From: Eledone cirrhosa
Taxonomy: Eukaryota
Direction of reading: 5' to 3'
DNA length: 42,092 nt
NCBI GenBank assembly: GCA_964016885.1
Contig: CAXHJY010000948.1
Span: forward strand, 1-42,092
Part shown: positions 11,773 to 28,984 of the stretch, piece after piece
Layout: every line of letters starts with the position of its first letter
How positions within the stretch are numbered: the first letter of the stretch is position 1
Made by a program: the position numbers and the translations under genes
The notes under the pieces: generated by a model
Seen by the model: the letters and a program-made list of their open reading frames with translations, nothing else
Databases searched by the model: none
Told to the model about the DNA's origin: nothing

Positions 11773-11803
<31 letters not shown>

Positions 11804-11832
11804 GCATATAAATATATATGTATATATATATG

Positions 11833-11922
<90 letters not shown>

Positions 11923-12000
11923 CATATATATATATGTGCATATATATATATATATACGCATATACATATATATATATGTGTGCATATATATATATATATA

Positions 12001-12099
<99 letters not shown>

Positions 12100-12181
12100 G
12101 TACATGTGTATATATATATATACATATATGTGCATATATATGCACATATGTGCATATATATGCACATATATGTACATATAA

Positions 12182-12254
<73 letters not shown>

Positions 12255-12267
12255 CGTGTGTGTGTAG

Positions 12268-12360
12268 ACGTATCTGAGGATCTTGTGATTTCACAGTCAG
12301 GTTCGATCATCGCATCGACCGTGCTTCGAACTGGTCGCCAGAGAAACGATTGTAATATTT
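12268..12360 (+). ncRNA. Hammerhead-like motif in a small pLTR remnant
   Basis: gtat-CTGAGGA(12274-12280)-tct...aga-GAAA(12343-12346)-cgattg-TA-atat. Stem II is long and stem I short. Confidence 0.6.
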
Positions 12361-12421
12361 ATAATAAATTTTAATTCGTCGCACCACTGACTCGCCGTTT
12401 CTTATGTGATATATATATATA

Positions 12422-12470
12422 TCTAAACTATAATAAAGTGAGGACCGCGGGACTGCGTACGGTTTATTAC
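12422..12470 (+). mobile_element. Possible 5' end of a non-autonomous Helitron
   Basis: A|TCTAAACTATAATAAAG directly after (TA)n resembles Helitron 5' termini. No matching 3' hairpin/CTAG was found. Confidence 0.25.
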
Positions 12471-12849
12471 TTTTTTATCCCATTAGTAAAATAAGTTGGA
12501 TTACTTTGAATAAATAATGAATGAATATTACATAATTTATCTACTAAATTTCGTGGCTGTTGATTAAATATATTTTGTTTATTTAAAAATTCACTTTTTA
12601 AAATTTCTGAAATGTCAACACTTCCGGTTGGCGATCGCTTAAATAAACATACTAATTTTCTCCTAATGCAGTTGATATATAATATCGTCTTTTTTTAATG
12701 TATTATGGATTACGTTACTGATTACATTAGACAGTATAATGCAGACTTCGTTCAATTTCTGTGTATATTTTCAATTACGATTTTATTTGATGTATCATAT
12801 CTACATGTATATATATTTGCGTGTAATATCAATATACACACTACACAAG

Positions 12850-13488
12850 CAAGCAGAAAACCACATAACATGTATATAAAGGATTCACTACCAGTTCAAC
12901 CCCCTTAACACTCTTGATCACCCGTTTAAGTGCTTCTATTACATGTAACACTCTGCCACACTATAGCATTATATAAACAAGACACACGTGCTTGCTACAC
13001 GTGTAACTATTGCACTCAATAACTGCTTATGACTATCCTATCGCATTAATTTCATGTTGTATTTTAACCTGAATTTTTGATTTTACCCTCTTTTAATATG
13101 AATGTAATCTTTAAATGTATACTGCCACACTAAATGTTATAATGGATGTCGACCAACCAAGCAACAATGTTTGCATATGTATCTGTATGTCTCTTGGGTT
13201 GAAAAGGAGGTCATATATGTGTTCATTCATTAATAAGTTGCTTCGAAGAATCGAAACCTCGGTTTGGAGGAAACAATTGTAAGCATATAAATGATTTGAA
13301 CAGAACTATGATTCTTATAACTTATATATAACTGCTCTGTAAAACATCTGATGTTATTACATGGAGCTATTTAACTTACTGGTAATAAGGTAGTAATATA
13401 TTACTGCCTATCACTATTTAGGGTTTGTAAAAATATATATAACTACAAAAGGTTTTTGTATTTGCATAACCATAAATAGTATCCTTAA

Positions 13489-13492
<4 letters not shown>
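12850..13492 (+). mobile_element. PLE 3' UTR/pLTR fragment (same family as 2669-3232 and 22460-22900)
   Basis: Shared blocks ctctgccacactata, aaaaggaggtcatat and cataaccataaatagtatccttaata. HHR-like motif tgct-TCGAAGA...GAAA-caattg-TA-agca at 13239-13285. Confidence 0.7.
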
Positions 13493-15126
<1,634 letters not shown>

Positions 15127-17210
15127 ATATTTATTAAAATAATAGATTAAAGTTTAATCAAAGAATCGCTGCTTTCACCCTTAACGGGATCTTCTGAAAC
15201 TAACAAAGTCAATCTGTAAACGCAGAACTAGATATTTAAAAAAACGTTGCAACCGGAGGAAGACTGAAAGACGATACTTTGGTTCGTGGTAACGTTCGCT
15301 GGCAAAGAACGGGAAAAAACGAATAATACGTCATTAATAGGAGCGGTGAAAAACAATTACGCGCAAAGACAGAACCACGTTTATGGTATAAAAGAGGTCG
15401 TAGACTAATGTTCTATTAGGTGGTGCATAGAGACGGTCTCTGGCAATGAACGAAAAAACGAAGATAATAAGTCATATGTGGAGCGTGGAGAACAATAGCA
15501 CGCAAAGACAAAACCACGTAAACGGTATAGCAGAAGTCGTAGACTAAAATTCTAACTAGGAGACCAAATGAATCTGCGCTACAGAGTTAAGAACAAAGTA
15601 AATAAATACAATACAGAAGTAATAGAAACAAATAAATACATACACGCAAACAGATATGTACATACACAAACATACGCAAAACCTTACCATAGGTATACAA
15701 AACCACGCACATATAAATATGTGTGTGTGTGTATGCTTGTGTACAAATAAATAAATAATTATATAAACGTCCCGTAGGGCCTACATAGGGTTAACCGCCA
15801 ATAGTTTCAAGCAGCGTCTTTACATGCATACCCATTCTTTTCGTTACCCTCTAAGAAGGAATATGACGTCACTTTCAGCTTATGTCTGGAGTCTAAAAGA
15901 CAACCACACCCAATATAAGTTATACTGGGAGATCCTAGCTAGGGCTAGATCGTATAACGGAAAAAAAAGACCATGTGACATCTGCGTCGCTGAGGCCCTG
16001 GAAATACTCTACGCCACAGACCACATCTTAAACAAAAAATCTGAGGCAATTTCGGCTTGTAAACATAAATTACACAAAACTTTCCTGTATTACAGCCCCA
16101 CGTTATACCCTAACGGATAGCACGATCTATACGTGGATATTTTACGTCTTGATGTGGGAGCTAAGTATATGTTTTGTTTATTCCTTTACTTATTTGCATA
16201 GGTAAGTATATATTACCCGTATGTTTTGTGAAGGTATGTATACCTTCTCGTACGTATATTTGACTGTTATGGCGTATAATGTTTCCATATTCTGGTATTT
16301 AGGGTTTGGCTATGTGTATACGGGAGTTTTGCGTCTGCGTGAGTATGCAGGTTCGTACGTATGGTGGGTGTGTGTATATGTGTACTTCTTGTTTTAGTTG
16401 ACTTATGTCTCCGAACATTCGTGTATTTATATGTAGGTATGCGTGTGCGCTTGTTATATACGTGTTTATTTACTTATATACGTTTATATAATTATTTATT
16501 TATTTGTACACAAGCATACACACACACACATATTTATATGTGCGTGGTTTTGTATACCTATGGTAAGGTTTTGCGTATGCTTGTGTATGTACGTATCTGT
16601 TTGCGTGTATGTATTTATTTGTTTCATATGACTTCTGTATTATATTTATTTACTTTGTTCTTAACTCTGTAGCGGAGATTCATTTGGTCTCCTAGTTAGA
16701 ATTTTAGTCTACGACTTCTGCTATACCATTTACGTGGTTTTGTCTTTGCGTGCTATTGTTCTCCACGCTCCACATATGACTTATTATCTTCGTTTTTTCG
16801 TTCATTGCCAGAGAACGTCTCTATGCACCACCTAAGAGAACATTAGTCTACGACCTCTTTTATACCATAAACGTGGTTCTGTCTTTGCGCGTAATTGTTT
16901 TTCACCGCTCCTATTAATGACGTATTATTCGTTTTTTCCCGTTCTTTGCCAGCGAACGTTACCACGAACCAAAGTATCGTCTTCCTGTCTTCCTCCGGTT
17001 GCAACGTTTTTTGAAATATCCAGTTCCGCGTTTACAGATTGACTTTGTTAGTTTCAGAAGATCCCGTTAAGGGTGAAAGCAGCGATTCTTTGCTTAAACT
17101 TTAATCTGTTATTTTAATAAATATTTGCTCTACGGTTCTTATATATTTGATATATATTTTCCTTATCGAGCCCTCTTTGAATTTTAGTCTTCACTTTTAT
17201 TATTATTAAT
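15127..17210 (+). mobile_element. 5'-truncated Penelope-like element with inverted pLTR (arms 15127-15770 and 16480-17124) and 3' tail
   Basis: ~644-bp near-identical inverted arms enclose a GIY-YIG fragment. Each arm contains a ~139-bp imperfect tandem duplication and an HHR variant. Confidence 0.88.
15779..16120 (+). pseudogene. PLE GIY-YIG endonuclease C-terminal fragment
   Basis: AYIGLTANSFKQRLYMHTHSFRYP...TSLSAYVWSLKD...CDICVAEALEI...LNKKSEAISACKHK. Confidence 0.88.
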
Positions 17211-17848
17211 ATGTATATACATATATATATATATATGTATATACATATATATATATATATGTATATACATATATATATATGTACATATACAAATATGTAT
17301 ATGTATATATATATGTATATATACATACATATATATATGTACATGTATATATATGTATATACATATATATATGTACATATATATGTATGTACATATATAT
17401 AGGTTTATACATATATATATACATATATATATATATATGTATATTTATATACATATATATATATATATGTATATTTATATACATATATATATATATAGGT
17501 ACATATATATATATATGTATATGTATATACATATACATATATATAGGTACATATATATTTATATGTATATGTATATACATATACATATATATAGGTACAT
17601 ATATATTTATATGTATATGTATATACATATACATATATATGTACATATATATATATATGTACATATATATATATATGTACATATATATATGTATATGTAT
17701 ATACACATATACAGTATATATATGTACATATTTATATATGTATATATACATATATATATGTATATGTATATACATATATATATGTACATATTTATATATG
17801 TATATGTACATATATATATATATGTATATGTATATATATATATATGTG

Positions 17849-17920
<72 letters not shown>

Positions 17921-18029
17921 CATATATATATATATACATATATATATGTATGCATATATACATATATATATATGTATATATACATATATATATATGTACA
18001 TATACATATATATATATGTATATATAACA

Positions 18030-20705
18030 TGATAAATAGAAAACTGCCGGAGATTGCTGGAGGTTTATATAGGGACGACATATTATTTATTGTAGAAAAA
18101 CATAATAATAGCGAATTAAATAGAGTAAAGAAAGTAATTATAGAATTTTTTTAAAGTTACGACCTGAAATTAGAAGTAGAAAATAACACCAAAATAGTTA
18201 ATCTTTTAGATGTGACTCTAAATTTGAACTCAGGCCTTTATTACCCTTTCCATAAAGTTAATGAGAACTTAAATTATGTTAGTTTCTATTCTAATCATCC
18301 TAAAAGTGTTAAGAAAGCAATAGTCAACAGTGTACAATAACGAATATCCAGGTCCATCTGCTAATAATTCCATATTTAATAGTAAGGCTGTATATTATAA
18401 TGAAGCGTTACATAAAGGTGGATATAACAATAATTTTGAGTATATTGAAAAAAATACTGAAAATAAAATTAATTATAATCATAGTAATGATAATAAAAAT
18501 AAATATAAAAAAAACAACTTGATGAATAAATCGGAGGAAAAAATAAGAACTAGATCTATAATTTGGTATGCTCCGCCAGCATCCTTAGCTATTAAAATAC
18601 CCGTAGCACATTTATTTTTTAAAGCTATGGATAAATGCTTCCCTTGGTCACATAAATATTACTCTATCTTCAATAGACACACAGTTAAACTCTCTTATTC
18701 AACAACTATGAATATTGGTCAAAATAAAGCAAAAATATATAGTAAAAATCTTAATTTGAACCAACATTTAATTAGCAATAATAACAATAATAATAACAAT
18801 ACATTAGTTAATGGGAATAACAATAATAATAGTTTAAACATGAATAATAGTAGAACACCTTTAAATAATAATGTGTTTAAGGTCTTTAAATAACATTGAG
18901 AAGAAATGTAATTGTAGAAAGAAGTCTGAATGTCCTTTACAAAATAATTGCCTTGACAGGAATCTGGTATATAAATGTACCATTAAGACAAATAATAATA
19001 TATATAACTACATTGGTGTCACTTCATCTAAATTTAAGGAACGTTGGTATAAAATCATAGACAATCTTTCAGTAAACCAGATAAGAAATTTTCAACTTCA
19101 CTTTCACAATTAATATGGTCTTTAAAGAAAAATAATATTAAAAACTCCATCTCCTGGACCAAATTAAAGAATGCTACCCACTATCGGAACTCAACTATTT
19201 CGCAAAATTGCAATCTTTGTAACCTTGAGACTCCACAGATAATTACAAATTATGACAATTTAATCAACAAAAAAAATGAAGTTGTCACCATAAAATTGGT
19301 AAAACTTTCCAGGCAATGTTAAAGTTTTCGAAAAAATATTGACAATTAATAATTTAATATATATATATAAGTTTTTGCCTTATTGTAGTAATAATATATT
19401 GACATTATATATTTAGAATAATCTCATTAAGAGTCTCATTTTCCTATGTTTTGATTAGGACAATTCAATATGTAACTAGACATCATTTATGATATATACA
19501 ATAGACGATTTACGGCTTTCGAAATATCGTGGAACGTGAGAGTAGAGATATGTTATAAATGTTTGTATATGGTGAATGAGTTATCTTCCTTTTGTTTACA
19601 TTGTCCGTAAAAATTTCTTTTCTTTTTGACTAGCTTGCTAAATTATATCAGATATGAAATATGTAGATTAATAATATATAGACTATCATTAAAAGGAAAC
19701 TATATATCAAAATAAGTAAATACAGAAGAGAGTAAATGTAACTGCAATTTAATCCTAGGAATTAAATGAAAATTAAAGACTAGTAAGATTTTATAAAGAG
19801 AATATCCTAATTAAATAAAATAATTTGGGTAATAAATGATCTAAATATATTATATGTATTGATGTTGATATATACATGGTATTAGATTTTAATACATATT
19901 TAATAATTATTTAAATACGCTTAAAAGATTAGTTCTTTTAAAGTTGTAACAAAATATTTATAGAATATCTTACCTTAAAATTAAAAATAATAATATATAA
20001 TGAATTAAATTAAATTATATAAATTTTAAATTAAACTATATATGTGATTGCTATAGAAAGTAATCTATACTGATTAATTTTGGTTTAATATATAAGTATA
20101 ATTAGCAAAAGCATAATCAAATTCAAAAGATATTCAATTGATTATGTGAATTGATTGGATGTCCTATTTGATCTAGCATTTGAAAACAACGGTTTATTTT
20201 TCTCTATCCCCCCTCTATTTGATGTTCTCTTATATTTCTTTATTTTCTTTACCCCCTCTGTTCCCTTTACTTTCCACACACCTTCCCTCTTTTGTCGTTA
20301 TTACTCTTTTCTTTTTTATATATTTTTTATATATTTCTTTTACTCATTCATCCATTTATTTTTTATTCATTTATCTATTTATGTATGTATTTATTTCTTA
20401 ATTTTTTCTTACCTTTCCTCTTCTTTACACCCTCTGTCATATCTCTAATTTGCTCTATGTCCTTTTCTTCTTTCAGTTTATCATATTATTTGTGGTATAT
20501 AAACATTGAGATTTGATGAAATAAATCACTGCCAATACTGGAATTGAACAATCAAGACCGTAGCAGTATGTCATATATCAAATCATATATTTTGTCTGAT
20601 GAAGACGTACTGAAAAAAACAACACAGTACCTCTGAAATATGTATAATAATGTATATATTATGATTATGAGAATATTTTTCATTTGTTAATATTTTGAAT
20701 AATAT
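18030..20705 (+). mobile_element. 5'-truncated degenerate Penelope-like element 2
   Basis: GGLYRDD RT motif (~18058-18078), LLDVTLNL, SNHPKS, IIWYAPP, CNCRKKSECPLQNNCL, YIGVTSSKFKERW and CNLCNLE, with stops and frameshifts. The UTR ends with an HHR at 20585-20657 followed by (TA)n. Confidence 0.88.
20585..20657 (+). ncRNA. Type I hammerhead ribozyme (PLE 2 pLTR)
   Basis: atatattttgt-CTGATGA(20596-20602)-aga gtactg/cagtac tct-GAAA-tatgta-TA-ataatgtatat. Confidence 0.8.
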
Positions 20706-20708
20706 ATG

Positions 20709-20761
<53 letters not shown>

Positions 20762-20956
20762 TTCTCGCCTCCTTCACTACCTCTTCTACGGCTTCGATAT
20801 AAATACCCCCTCCGCCTCCGTGGTATTTTCTTCGGGGTTATAGGAGGCTTAGCTCTGTTTCTCGACCGTTATATCGCGTGACTATCTCCCCCTCCGCCTT
20901 TTGGGATTCTTTCTCACGTCGTGTAGACGCGTTCTTGAGACTAGTAAAATGAGGTA

Positions 20957-21046
20957 TCCTCTTGATAAGTCGGCAGACCTCGCAAGGACTCTATATCTTT
21001 ATGATGTATTGTTTTTGTTTATGCCACGAAACTACGTAGTCGAGGA
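20957..21046 (+). ncRNA. Hammerhead ribozyme, U3-A8 core variant
   Basis: tcctc-TTGATAA-gtcggca...tgccac-GAAA-ctacgtag-TC-gagga. All three stems are present and stem III ACTACGTAGT is palindromic. Confidence 0.7.
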
Positions 21047-21214
21047 ATCTAGGAGCAGTTTAGGTATGATACATTTTATTACTAATTATATCTAAATGTT
21101 TCTTCTCTCTTCATAATGTATTTTTAACTCTGATACTGGTTCAGTCTAGTTCAACCGGATTGGTCTGTCCCAGTCATTCATTGAGCAACATCGGTGAAGG
21201 TGGCACCCTTAACT

Positions 21215-23024
<1,810 letters not shown>

Positions 23025-23125
23025 TTTTGAGTTTATGTTGGTTGTACACCAACACCTCAGTATGCAGGCTGAGCACTCGACAAAGTGCGCAGGTTGGTTT
23101 GGTTACTCCTGAGTAGTGTAAAATA

Positions 23126-23369
23126 AAGTTAAATAAAAGTCAAATGATTAAAATTTAGCTTCGTTTATTACTGCTATATATATTTCAGTGACAGCCATCT
23201 TTGGCTGTGACCTCTTCAGGCAGTTTGAATTAGTATGGTATAGACAAGTTAAATAAAAGTCAAATGATTAAAATTTAGCTTCGTTTATTACTGCTATATA
23301 TATTTCAGTGACAGCCATCTTTGGCTGTGACCTCTTCGGGCAGTTTGAATTAGTATGGTATAGACAAGT
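23126..23369 (-). repeat. 120-bp tandem duplication, each unit with an HHR (23170-23224, 23290-23344)
   Basis: Minus strand reads actgc-CTGAAGA-ggtcacagccaaagatggctgtcact-GAAA-tatata-TA-gcagt. The other copy has CCGAAGA. Confidence 0.85.
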
Positions 23370-23455
23370 ACATATGTTGTTTAGGTGTATAATATTGTCA
23401 ATACTCTGATATGCCCAGTTCCTTGTTGGGTTGTTAATTCACTGAGGAACTTTTC

Positions 23456-23505
<50 letters not shown>

Positions 23506-24087
23506 CATGTATAAATATGTATGTATATATACATATATATATATGTACATATACATATATATATATGTACATATACATATATATATATGTACATATACAT
23601 ATATATATATATATGTACATATACATATATATATGTACATATACATATATATATATGTACATATATATATATATATATGTACATATATATATGTACATAT
23701 ACATATATATATGTACATATACATATATATATGTATATATACATATATATATATGTATATATACATATATATATATGTACATATACATATATATATGTAC
23801 ATATACATATATATATATATGTACATATACATATATATATATGTACATATACATATATATATGTACATATACATATATATTTGTACATATACATATATAT
23901 GTACATATATATATGTATATACATATATATATATATATGTACATATATATATATATGTAAATATATATATATATATATGTACATATATATATATATATGT
24001 AAATATATATATATATATGTACATATATATATATGTAAATATATATATATATATATGTACATATATATTTACATATATATATATATA

Positions 24088-24167
<80 letters not shown>

Positions 24168-24473
24168 TACATATATATATATACATATATCTATATAGAT
24201 AGATACTTATATATACATACATATACATATATAGGGGGAAGTTTACATACAATAAAAACGTGTAAAATAATATCAGCAATACAATTTAAAATTAATCAAT
24301 TTTCCCCAATAGGGGGAGACATTACATATGGGTAACACATACCCCCGAAAAAATGTGAAACCCTCATCTCCAGGAGTACGAAGAGTTTGTACCCCTTTCC
24401 TCTCCTCCTCTTTTTCCTCAACCTACAGGCTGATTAGCTACAGATATACACATATATATATACATATATATAG

Positions 24474-24590
<117 letters not shown>

Positions 24591-24932
24591 AAGGGATGAA
24601 ATCGAAAATGCAACTGAAGTCTTATTTTTTTTAAAAATATATATATTTATTTGGTTCCTTTATTTTCGATTTCATCCCTTTTTCTTTATACTTCCACTCG
24701 TGTAGGACACCTCGGTCATTTTTCATTTTGTAAAAAAAAAAAAAAAAAAAAAAGAAAAAACCTCACTTTCTAATATATATATATATATATATATACATAT
24801 ATACATATATATATATCGATACATATATGTATATATATCGATACATATATATATATATCGATACATATATATATATCGATACATATATATATATCGATAC
24901 ATATATATATATCGATACATATATATATATCG

Positions 24933-25013
<81 letters not shown>

Positions 25014-26000
25014 GATAAATCTACCAAGAGTTTACGGTAGTGTCCAATCCGTATGAAGAACTCAATGTATTCCGGATATCATGGAAAGAAGAGATGTAAT
25101 GAAAAATCACTTTCGGTGAAAGATAAACGGTATACAGAGTCAAGATAAAATATTAAACAAATAATGAATAAAACAATGAAACAGTTCCTTATATTAAACA
25201 AAAAAAGTTCATTATTTAACGATCGTTTCTAGGATATATATGTGTTAGAATTGGCATGCATATTCAACAGATCTATGTACAAAATTATACAAAATTATAC
25301 AAACTATCAAGATTAAATATACATACCAAACACACATATACGCCGCCTTCAGAAATAATGAAATATATTTATTGATAATAACAACAATTCAAAATTTCAG
25401 GTCCGTTTGGGAACAAAATTGACCAATGAAAATACAAAAGGTTTTATGCAGTTTGGCGTGTGTATATACATGTAACTACCCCGTACACATATTTATACAA
25501 AGATGTATGCTCAACATGCATACGCATGCCAAAAAGATGCATGCAAATACAAAATTTCAAGGTTAATGTCTCTGTAAGTTTATAATGCACAGATAAGATG
25601 CGTATAGACACATAAATATGAAATAAGTGTATACACATATTCTCATACTCACACATATCCGTACTCTCACACACACGCGCGCGTATATGCATAAACATAC
25701 ACATAATTACGAACATACATACACACACACACCCCCACACACATATATATATGTGGATATAATATTATCATAAGCACATGGATATTAATTCACTCACATA
25801 AACACTGCCACACACATTTAGATCAAGATACAGAAATTAGGTGGGAGGGGGGAGAGGTCAGTATTCAACGGTTTGGGCAGACTGCTTATTTATAGATGTA
25901 TGTATAAACTAAGAAATAAAAAATAAAAATTAAAAAGGAAAGAAAAGAAAAAGAAAAAAGAAAAAAGAAATATATCAAGAAAATATATATATATATATAT

Positions 26001-26049
<49 letters not shown>

Positions 26050-26137
26050 CACACATCTACACTTAGAACACACATACACACACATATATAAACATATACA
26101 TATACACACATACACACATATACACACATACATATAA

Positions 26138-26170
<33 letters not shown>

Positions 26171-26681
26171 TACACATATAATCACACATACATATATAGA
26201 CACACATATATATACACATACACGCACATATACATACACATACATACTTATATACATACAGATATACACATACATACCTATATATACACACAAATACATA
26301 CAGACATACATACATACATACACACAAATACATACGCATCCATATATCGGTATATACATACAAACACCACTACACTCTCACACAACTCAGACATACAAAG
26401 AAAAAGGTATATACCTATAAACATATACACATACAAATAGAGATACATATACATATATATATATATATACACATATATATATATATATATACATACACAT
26501 ATACACACATATATATACATACACATACATACATGTACTCACACATACATATACATACATACACACATACACACATACATATATAGTCATACACACACAT
26601 ACACCTACACGAACATACACATACACATATATAAAGATATATATACACACACACACATACACACACATATATATAAAATAA

Positions 26682-26736
<55 letters not shown>

Positions 26737-27351
26737 CACATATACATAGACATATATGTACATACATACACATACATACATACATATACACACATATATA
26801 TATATACACACATAGACACATACATACATACACACACAACATACATACACACACATATATACTCATACATAGACATAGATATATATTCATACATACATAC
26901 GCACTTACATATACTCGTATATACAAATACATACGCATCCATATATGCGTATATACATACAAACACCACTACACTCTCACACAACTCAGACATACAAAGA
27001 AAAAGGTATATACATATACATATATACACACAATAATAGAGATACATATACACATATATATATATATATATACACATACATCTATATATATACACCCACA
27101 CACACATACAACCATAAACACACATACAAACACACACATACACACATATATACATACATATATATACACACACACAAAAAAAACACATATACACATATAT
27201 ATTTTTTTACACATATATATACATATATATACATATACACACCCTCACATATACACACATACACATAAGTTATATTATAATAATAAATAATATATATATA
27301 TATATATATATACACATACGAATATAGACATATATACACACATAGATATAC

Positions 27352-27387
<36 letters not shown>

Positions 27388-28383
27388 TCACATATATATG
27401 TGCGCACACGTACATATATACACATACACACATATACACATAAACATATACATGTGCATACATGTACATACACACATATAGCCACATAGATACGAAGATA
27501 GACATATATATAGAGAGACATACATATATATACACATGTATATATACACATACATACACACATATATATATATATATATACACACACACATACACGCCCA
27601 CACACATATACACATATACACATATATATATATATACATATACACATATATATACACATGCATATATACACATATATATATATATACACACATATATATA
27701 CACACAATCTTACATTCTTATTTGCATGCGCATATATGTATTTTTATATTCAGATATAAATACCCAAACATATATACACCTACCTACATATATATTCATA
27801 CATACACGCTTACAAACACAGATGATAATAGTATGGGGGAAAGGGGGGGGGGTTGGAGAAGGGGATTATAGTAAATATATGTTTCAAGAAACATAGAATA
27901 TTATCTGTATCTGGATCCCAATATATGTTTTTACATAGTTTCAGTGTTAGGAAATACAAGAAATAAGGCAAAATTATGCATTTCAAAATAAGTATACCAT
28001 TAATTATATGTTAACTAAACGAAAGATAGTTAACACATTGATTTCTAAGGTGTAAATTAGTTAGGTTTATAATATTTGAAGCAGAATTTTGAAGTTAAAT
28101 AGTAGTAGAGTATTAATTATAGTATAACTAAATTAAAGTTATTAACGTTATGGTATCAATATTAGGAAATGAATTTAGTAATAGGGAAAAAACAAATAAA
28201 GTATTACATCGGTAGTAGAATATAAATTATAGGTTAACTAAATTAAAAATTATATATTAATTTCTATAGTATATGTTAATTAGGTATATAATAAATAAAA
28301 CAGATATTGTATTTTATCAATAGCAGAATATAATTATATGCAAATAGAAATCAAAATTAATACATATACATATACATATACAT

Positions 28384-28492
<109 letters not shown>

Positions 28493-28984
28493 TACATACA
28501 CATACATGTACATACATACATATACATATTTTTTCAAAAATTGCAAAGAATATATTAACTAGGTATACATCCAAAACACATCCCATTCTATGATTACATG
28601 ACACTCTGCAATCCGTCTGTATAAGGATACTAATTTTAAGCCAATTAAATTAAATTTTTAGGTTGACTAAATTTAAAACCAAATTATAAATATATTTCTA
28701 AAATGTATATTAATTAGGTCTATAATACTAAAAATTATTTCTCTGTCATTGGATACACGATATTTTGTTATATTTTATCTGTAAAGGAATTTTAATAAAA
28801 GGTTTAAATAAATTAAAATTAATCTATAAATTAAATTACTAAGTATATATTAGTAATATTTAAAGGTTTTTCACAATTTATGATTACACAATATTTTATA
28901 TTCTCATCTGTAGTAGAATTTTAATTAAATTAAATTTATAGGTTAACTAACATTTAAATTAAATTAATTTCTAAAATAATGTTA

